DNA from: Micromonas pusilla
Lineage: Eukaryota
Reading direction: 5' to 3'
Length of the DNA: 32,000 bases
Assembly (NCBI GenBank): GCA_000151265.1
Contig: GG663744.1
Coordinates: forward strand, 195,520-227,519
Part shown: positions 24,801 to 32,000 of the stretch, piece after piece
Layout: every line of letters starts with the position of its first letter
Numbering within the stretch: position 1 is the first letter of the stretch
Notes under the pieces: model-generated
The model's input: the letters and a program-made list of their open reading frames with translations, nothing else
The model's database searches: none
Told to the model about the DNA's origin: nothing
Program-made: the position numbers and the translations under genes

Positions 24801-27800
24801 TTTCGTGCGCAAAAACTTGAAGGAGACGGTGGTCACCGTGGACACGTGCCTCGTGAGCGGCATGTTCAACGTCATGACGTCGCTCCTGAAGAAGTACGAG
24901 CGGCACGAGCACTTGCACCAGGAGCCGCTGACGAGCCAAGAGATTTCCGCGGCGCAGAAAGCCGCGCTGCCGCTGTGGATCTTCAGCATGATCTGGTCCG
25001 CGTGCGCGACCGTGACGGGGCCGGGGCGGCCGCGGCTGGAGACGTTTATGCGTCAAAAAGCGAAGGAGTGCGACTTCGTCAAGCACATGCCCCCGAGCGA
25101 CAAGGGCTCCACCTCGATGTACGAGTACTGCTTCGACCAGGACGAGCTCAAGTGGGTGGAGTGGATGCGATCGATTCCGGAGTACGTCCCGAACCCGGAC
25201 GCGCCCTTCTCGCAGGTCATCGTCCCCACCGCGGATACGGTTCGGTACGCGTACGTCATCGACAAGCTTCTCTTGTCGGATAAACACGTGCTCTGCGTCG
25301 GCGACACCGGCACGGGGAAGACGCTCAACGTCATGGATAAGCTGTCGAACCACATGCCGGAGACGTACGTCCCGGTGTTCATGACCTTCAGCGCGCGAAC
25401 GTCCGCGAACCAGACGCAGGACTTTTTAGACAGCAAGATGGACAAGAGGCGCAAGGGCGTCTTTGGGCCGCCGTCGGGGCGGAAATACGCCGTCCTCATC
25501 GACGATCTGAACATGCCGCTGCGCGAGAAGTATTTCGCGCAGCCGCCGATCGAACTCCTTCGCCAGTGGATGGACCACGACGGATGGTACGAGCGGAAGC
25601 CCCCGTGCGCGTTCAGGACGATCCAGGACATGATCATCGTCGGGTGCATGGGCCCGCCGGGGGGCGGACGCAACCCGGTTTCGAATCGAATGCTGCGGCA
25701 CTTCAACTTTTTGTCGTTTTCGGACATGTCCGACGAGAGCTGCGTTCGCATCTTCGACACGATTCTCGGCGCGACGCTCGGGAAGTCGTTCGCGCCGGAG
25801 ATCGCGGAGCTCTCCAGCGCGGTCACCGCGGCGACGATATCCATCTACAACACCGTCCGAGCGGACTTGCTTCCCACCCCGGCGAAGAGCCACTACACCT
25901 TCAACTTGCGCGACCTCGCGAGGGTGTTCCAAGGGTTACTGCGCGCGGACCCGAGGCTCATCGGCGAGGACAAGAACGAGTTCCTAGGGCTCTGGATGCA
26001 CGAAAACCTCAGAGTGTTCCAAGACCGCATGGTGAACAACGAAGACCGCGAGTGGTTCCGCGACCTCGTGGACAAGGTGTCGAAGGAGAAGTTCAACGGC
26101 GTCGGCTGGGACGACGTCGTCGGCGTCGACGGCGAACGCCTCGTCTTCGGCGATTACCTCGTCCCGGGCGCGGAACCGAGGCAGTACCAGCGCGTGCGCG
26201 ACATGAACGAGCTGCGACGCGTCGTCGAGGAAGCCCTGGACGATTACAACTCCGTGACGAACGCGCCGATGAAGCTCGTGATGTTCTTGGACGCCATCGA
26301 GCACGTCTCGAGGGTGTGCCGCGTGATTCGACTGCCGCTCGGCAACGCGCTTCTTCTCGGCGTCGGCGGGTCCGGACGGCAGTCGCTCACGCGGCTCGCC
26401 GCCGCGCTCGAGGAGTTTGAACTCTTTCAGATCGAAGTCGCGAAAGGGTACGGCAAGAACGAGTGGCGCGACGACCTCAGGAAGGTTTTACTCATGGCGG
26501 GCGCGGAGGGCAAGGACGTCGTCTTTCTCTTCACCGACACGCAAATCGTGCAAGAGAATTTCCTCGAGGACATCAACAACATCCTCAACAGCGGCGAAGT
26601 TCCGAACCTGTGGAAGTCCGAGGACTTGGGTACGATCGAGAACGCCCTGCGACCGATCATGTCGCAGCAAGGCTTACCCCTCACGAAGAACGCGGTGAAC
26701 GCGTACTTCATCACGCGCGTCCGGTCCAACCTGCACTGCGTCCTCGCCATGTCCCCGGTGTCGGATGAGTTCCGGCAGCGCCTGCGCATGTTCCCGTCGC
26801 TCGTGAACTGCTGCACGATCGACTGGTTCAGCGAGTGGCCGCTGGAGGCGCTCGACTCGGTCGCGAACACGTTCTTGCGCGATCCGCTCAAGTCCGAGAG
26901 CGAGGAGCTCGTGAGGAGCGTCGTCGACGCGTGCGTCTTCATCCACCAGAGCGTCGAGAAAAAGTCCAAGGAATTTTTCGAGACGCTACGACGGTACAAC
27001 TACGTCACGCCGACGTCGTACCTCGAGCTCCTTCAGACGTTCATTCGCTTGCTTCGAGAGAAGCGCGCGGAGCTCGAGACGATGCGCTCGCGCCTGCAGA
27101 TTGGTCTCGATAAGCTCAACAGCACGGCGTCGCAGGTTGGCGTCATGGAGAAGGAGCTCGTGGATTTGCAGCCGGTGTTGCAAAAGACGACGGTGGAGGT
27201 GGAAGAGATGATCGTCGTCATCACCGCGGACACGGAGAAGGCGAACGTCACCAAGGCGAAAGTCGCGCAGCAAGAAGCGGAGGCGAACGAGAAGGCGGCG
27301 GAGGCCAAGGCGATCGCGGACGACGCGCAGGCGGACCTCGACAAGGCGCTCCCGGCGTTGGACGCGGCGGTGAAGTCGCTGAAGCTACTGACGAAGAATG
27401 ACATCGTCGAGGTCAAGGCTCTGAAGAATCCGCCCGCGGGCGTGCGGCTCGTGATGGAGGTGTGCTGCATCTTCTTTCTGCAGAAGCCGAAGATGGTGGA
27501 GGACAAGCGAGACGGCGCGAAGCCCGGGGCGAAGGTGGCGGACTACTGGGAGGCGTCCACGAAGATGCTTCAGGACCCGCCGAAATTTTTAGAGTCGCTC
27601 ATGAAGTTCGACAAGGACGGGATCGTCCAGGAGACGATCGACAAGGCGGCGCCGTTCATGGAGCGCGAGGATTTCACCCCGGAGGCGATCAAGAAGGTGT
27701 CCAAGGCGTGCACGTCCATCTGCATGTGGGCCAGGGCGATGTTCACGTACTACAACGTGTCCGTGGCCATCGCGCCGAAGCGAGAGGCGCTCGCGCAGGC

Positions 27801-30800
27801 GCAAGCGTCGCTCGAGGTCACGAAAGGCGAGCTCGCGGAGGCGAAGAAGACCCTGGGAGAAGTCCAAGCCAAGCTGGACGAGCTCAACGCCAACTTATCC
27901 GCCGCGGAAGCGAAGAAGAACGGCTTAGAGGAGCAAGCGGAGACGTGCAAGGCGCAGCTCGACCGCGCCGGAAAACTCATCGGCGGCCTCGGCGGCGAAA
28001 AGACGCGATGGGAAGCGACGGTGCAGTCGCTCACGGATCAACTCGCCGCGGTCATCGGCGACGTCGTCGTCTCCTCCGGCGTCGTCGCGTACAACGGCCC
28101 GTTCACGCCGTCGTTCCGCGCGGACTTACTCGCGGAATGGTCCGCGAAGATGGTGGAGCTCGATATCCCGCACACGCCCGGCGCGGACATCGTGTCGACG
28201 CTCGCGGACCCCGTGCGCATTCGCGCGTGGAACATCGCGGGGCTCCCCGCGGACGCGGTCTCCATCGAGAACGGGATCATCGTGAGCAAAGCCAGGCGAT
28301 GGCCGCTCATGATCGACCCGCAAGGGCAGGCGAACAAGTGGGTCAAGGCTATGGAGAAGGAGACGGGCATCGACGTCATCAAACTCACGGAGAAGGACTA
28401 CCTTCGCACGCTCGCGAACGGGATCCGGTTCGGCCGAGCGGTGTTGCTCGAGAACATCGCGGAGACCCTGGACGCCGCGCTCGAGCCGCTGCTGCAGAAG
28501 CAGACGTTCAAGCAAGGCGGCAGCGAGGTGATCAAGATGGGCGACGACGTCATCCCGTATCACCCGGATTTCCGGTTTTACATGACGACGAAGATGCGGA
28601 ACCCGCACTATCAACCCGAGGTGTCCGTCAAGGTGTCGCTGCTGAACTTCTTCGTGACGCTGGACGGTCTCGAGGACCAGCTCCTGGGCGTCGTCGTCGA
28701 GCAAGAGCGGAACGACCTCGCGGAGCTGAAGAACGAGCTCGTCGTGTCCAACGCGCGGATGAAGAAGGAGCTCAAAGAGATTGAGGATAAAATTTTATAC
28801 CTCCTGTCCAACTCCACCGGAAACATCCTCGACGACGAGGTTCTCATCGACACGCTATCGCAGTCGAAGGTGACGTCGAACGAAATCACGGAGAAGGTGG
28901 CAGAGGCGGAGAGCACGGAGAAGGACATCGACGCGACGCGAGAGGAGTACCGCCCGGTGGCGACGCGCGCGTCGGTTTTGTTCTTTTGCATCTCCGACCT
29001 CGCGCTCGTGGACCCGATGTACCAGTACTCCCTCGCGTGGTTCATCTCTCTGTTTATCCGCGGCATCGAAGAAGCGGAGGAGAACGAGGACGTCCAGCAG
29101 AGGATCGAGATCCTGAACGAGTACTTCACGTATTCGCTGTACAACAACGTGTGTCTGTCGCTCTTCGAGTCGCACAAGCTCATGTTTTCGCTGCTTCTCA
29201 CGATCGCGATCATGCAGCAGAAGGGTCTCATCGACGCCCTGGAGTGGCGCTTCCTGCTCGCCGGTCCCACGGACACGAACATCGCGGAGCCGAACCCCGC
29301 GCCGGACTGGGTCACGGAGAAGGTGTGGGTCGAGCTCGTCAACCTCGCGAGCCTTCCCGCCTTTGAGGGCTTCACGACGGCGTTCGCCGACGACGTGGAC
29401 CACTACCGCGCGTACTTCGAGTCCGCGGACGCGCACCGACACAAGCTCGACGCCCACTTCGACGAGAAGCTCAACGCGTTCCAGAAGCTGCTCGTGATTC
29501 GATGCATCCGCCCGGATCGCTTCATGCTCGGCGTGCAAGACTTTGTCGCGCTCAAGCTCGGCGAACGGTTCATCGAGCCGCCGCCGTTTAACCTCGCGTC
29601 GTGTTACGCCGAGAGCTCGGTGTCGTCGCCTCTCATCTTCGTGCTGTCGTCCGGCGCGGACCCGATGGCGGATCTTCTGAAGTTCGCGGACGAGTCCAAG
29701 ATGATTCGGAAGTTTGACCAGGTGTCCCTCGGGCAAGGCCAGGGCCCGAAAGCGGAGGCGCTCATGCGTCAGGCGATGGAGGAGGGGATGTGGGTGTGCC
29801 TGCAAAACTGCCACCTCGCGGAGAGCTGGATGCCGAAGCTGGACAACATCGTCGAGGGCATCGACCCGGAGCGCGTGCACAAAGATTTCCGCCTGTGGCT
29901 CACGTCGATGCCGTCGCCGCACTTCCCGGTCGCGATCCTTCAAAACGGCGTGAAGATGACGCTCGAGCCGCCGAAGGGTTTGAAATCCAACCTCGCGCGC
30001 TCCTACGCGAGAATCACGGACGATTACATGGAGACGTGCAAAGACCCGGCGTCGCACAAGAAGCTCCTGTTCTCCATATGTCTATTCCACGCGGTGATTC
30101 AAGACCGAAGGAAGTTTGGCCCGCTCGGGTGGAACATCCGGTACGACTTCACCGACGGCGACCTGACGATGTGCCAGAGACAGATCAAGATGATGATCGA
30201 CGACTACGAGGTCATCCCGTACCAGGTCATTCGCGTGTTGTGCGGCGAGATCAACTACGGCGGGCGAGTCACGGACGATAAGGACCGTCGCCTGATCAAC
30301 AATCTGCTGGATAACTACGTCAACGCGGACGTCATCGGCGATGAGTACAGCTTCTCCCCTAGCGGTACGTACAAGGTGCCGGCGGCGCAGAATAACGTCG
30401 AATTCGTCGACTACGTGAAGACCTTCCCGATGGTCCCGAACCCGGAAGTTTTCGGGCTTCACGAGAACGCGGACATCACGTGCGATCAAAACGAGACGTA
30501 CGCGCTGTTCGAGACCGTGCTGTCGCTGCAGCCGCGGGTGAACAGCGGCGGAGGGTTATCGAGAGAGGACGTCATCGAGGCGAGCGCGTCGGATATCTTC
30601 GCGCGGTGCCCCGAGCCGTTCGACATCGACCAAGTCGCGCACAAGTACCCGACGGATTACAACCAGTCCATGAACACGGTGTTGACCCAAGAGTGCATTC
30701 GATACAACGCGCTGTTGATCGTCATGCGGCGGTCTCTGCAGGAAGGCTTGAAAGCGCTCAAAGGTCTCGTCGTGATGTCGCCCGAGTTGGAGGCGGTGAC

Positions 30801-31413
30801 GAATTCGATCTTCGACAACCAGGTCCCGGAAGCCTGGGCGTCGAAAGCGTACCCGTCGCTGAAGCCGCTGTCTTCGTGGGTCCTCGACCTGCTCGAGCGC
30901 ATTAAGTTCATCAACGACTGGATCGACAAAGGCCCGCCGCCGGTGTACTGGATCAGCGGTTTTTTCTTCCCGCAGGCGTTTCTCACCGGGACGCTGCAAA
31001 ACTACGCGAGGAAAAACAAAATCGCCATCGACACCGTGCAGTGGAACTTCAACGTCTTGGACACGAAAACGTTCGCGAACACGACGGAACCGCCCGAGGA
31101 CGGGTGTTACGTCTCCGGGTACTTCCTCGAGGGCGCGCGGTGGGATTACGACGCGCATCAGCTCGCGGAGAGCCGACCGAAGGAGCTGTACACGGACTTC
31201 CCGTTGATGTGGTTGGAGCCGGCGCGAAACCGCGAGCCGCCCAAGGAGGGGGTGTACAACTGCCCGGCGTACAAGACCTTGACGCGGGCTGGTCTGCTGT
31301 CGACGACGGGACACAGCACGAACTTCGTGATGTACATGGAGGTGCCCACGGACAAGAGCGAGTCGCACTGGATCAACCGGTCGGTCGCGCTGTTCACGGC
31401 GCTGATGTTTTGA
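18898..31413 (+). CDS. Axonemal dynein heavy chain, single-headed inner-arm type (DNAH7/DNAH3/DNAH12-like). One uninterrupted exon, 4171 aa.
   Basis: It is a 12.8-kb ORF. The AAA1 P-loop reads [67 protein letters not shown] (around nt 23390). The other P-loops are AAA2 [8 protein letters not shown], AAA3 GDTGTGKT and AAA4 GVGGSGRQS. Stalk coiled coils, AAA5/6 and a C-terminal domain follow. The size and the AAA1 sequence fit the inner-arm single-headed class better than the outer-arm or cytoplasmic classes. The start is placed at the ATG at 18898 ([13 protein letters not shown]...) because the upstream part of the ORF is Arg/Pro-rich and not coding-like. Confidence 0.9.
   Translation: [4171 protein letters not shown]
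19057..19089 (+). repeat. (AAGGAG)n coding microsatellite, giving a (KE)5K run in the dynein N-terminus
   Basis: AAGGAGAAGGAGAAGGAGAAGGAGAAGGAGAAG, read directly from the sequence. Confidence 0.9.
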
Positions 31414-31855
31414 TTATTATTAAGCGGAGGCGACGGAGGAGGAGGAGGACAGGAGGAGGAGGGAGTCGATGTGCACGATGCACGTGCGTCGTCACGTCGA
31501 AAACTTATTAGAGAAGACCCAGGTGGGATAACCGGGTGTTCTAGTCACTAGATAACTCGTAGATGGCGTCCTTCTAAAGAATTAGAGGATGCGTGTTGAC
31601 ATCTTCCGTCGGATCGATCGTTCGCCTCCTCCGCATCACCTGACGACCGAACGAACGACGACGCGCGGGATAGAACGAACGAAGGAGACCGGCGCGGTCG
31701 CGGAGGAGCGAGCGAGGGACGCGAAGCGCATCGCCACGACACGGTCTACTACTAGAGCTACTCGAACACACGCACCCGCCGCGCCGTCGCCGACTGAGCG
31801 TGGCGGGGTGAAAAAAAACAAACGCCGCGCCGCGCCGCGCACCGTCGCCTCGCGA

Positions 31856-32000
31856 CTACGCCCCCTCTCCTACCTCCGCAGATATCCACCGCACCACATC
31901 CTCGTGCATGTGGTTCCGCGCTCGAGCTTTGCATAGCATCGGATCCCACGGTGCGCCGATCGCTCGCGCCCACTGCAGCACCTCCAGGTGGCCGCCTTCC
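31856..32000 (-). CDS. Possible 3' end of an ankyrin-like repeat protein gene entering from the right edge (partial)
   Basis: The minus-strand frame from 31999 reads EGGHLEVLQWARAIGAPWDPMLCKARARNHMHEDVVRWISAEVGEGA*, with the stop at 31858..31856. GHLEVLQWAR..G.PWD is the pattern of ankyrin-type repeats that are common in this algal group. Only 47 codons are visible. A GTAGGA donor at about 31879 could alternatively end the exon earlier. Confidence 0.35.
   Translation of the reverse strand, partial: EGGHLEVLQWARAIGAPWDPMLCKARARNHMHEDVVRWISAEVGEGA

Noticed and set aside
31414-31855. The dynein 3' flank (GGAGGA repeats, ORFs 31548..31771(-), 31589..31936(+)) was examined for a further gene or a structured RNA.
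   Set aside because: Only short, Arg-rich, motif-free ORFs and a short purine-rich run are present. This is most simply the 3' UTRs of the convergent dynein gene and right-edge gene.
1-32000. A prokaryotic interpretation of the window (operons, RBS, a defence island, or a novel phage or defence system).
   Set aside because: The window has spliceosomal introns with GT/GC-AG borders, eukaryote-specific genes (axonemal dynein, CFAP298, POLA2, REV7), eukaryotic-type tRNAs without encoded CCA, and organelle transit-peptide-like N-termini. Together these show a nuclear algal genome. I see nothing resembling a bacterial system.

Overview
This is eukaryotic nuclear DNA, not prokaryotic. It is GC-rich (about two-thirds G+C by eye), very gene-dense, and has short GT/GC-AG introns. 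The gene content (axonemal dynein heavy chain, CFAP298, PTOX, chloroplast FZL), together with a repeated ~180-nt intron-forming element, points to a flagellated prasinophyte green alga. It is most consistent with Micromonas pusilla (CCMP1545-type).

I resolve 11 protein-coding genes plus one weak partial ORF at the right edge:
- CBS-pair protein
- FZL GTPase
- a 71-aa membrane micro-ORF
- DNA polymerase alpha subunit B
- apyrase
- BOD1/Shg1-like small protein
- TraB/GumN-like protein
- CFAP298
- PTOX
- REV7
- a 4171-aa intron-less inner-arm-type dynein heavy chain

There are also two tRNAs, Trp-CCA and Glu-UUC.

I infer 11 introns. Five are near-identical full-length copies of one element (introner elements), two are decayed relatives, and four are ordinary introns.

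The ORF track uses alternative start codons and does not splice. Many of its ORFs are therefore antisense or alternate-frame GC artefacts, or real exons extended into introns.

The most interesting signal is the introner family. It shows exact intron-repeat coincidence, mostly GC rather than GT donors, (C)TCAG duplications at the borders, subterminal inverted repeats, and an internal tandem 17-mer carrying a CTGAC branch-site motif. It is completely absent from the 12.5-kb dynein ORF. Introners as a class have already been described in Micromonas. I found no evidence for a prokaryote-style defence or mobile system. All exon boundaries are inferred from reading frame, protein conservation and splice motifs only, and need transcript data.
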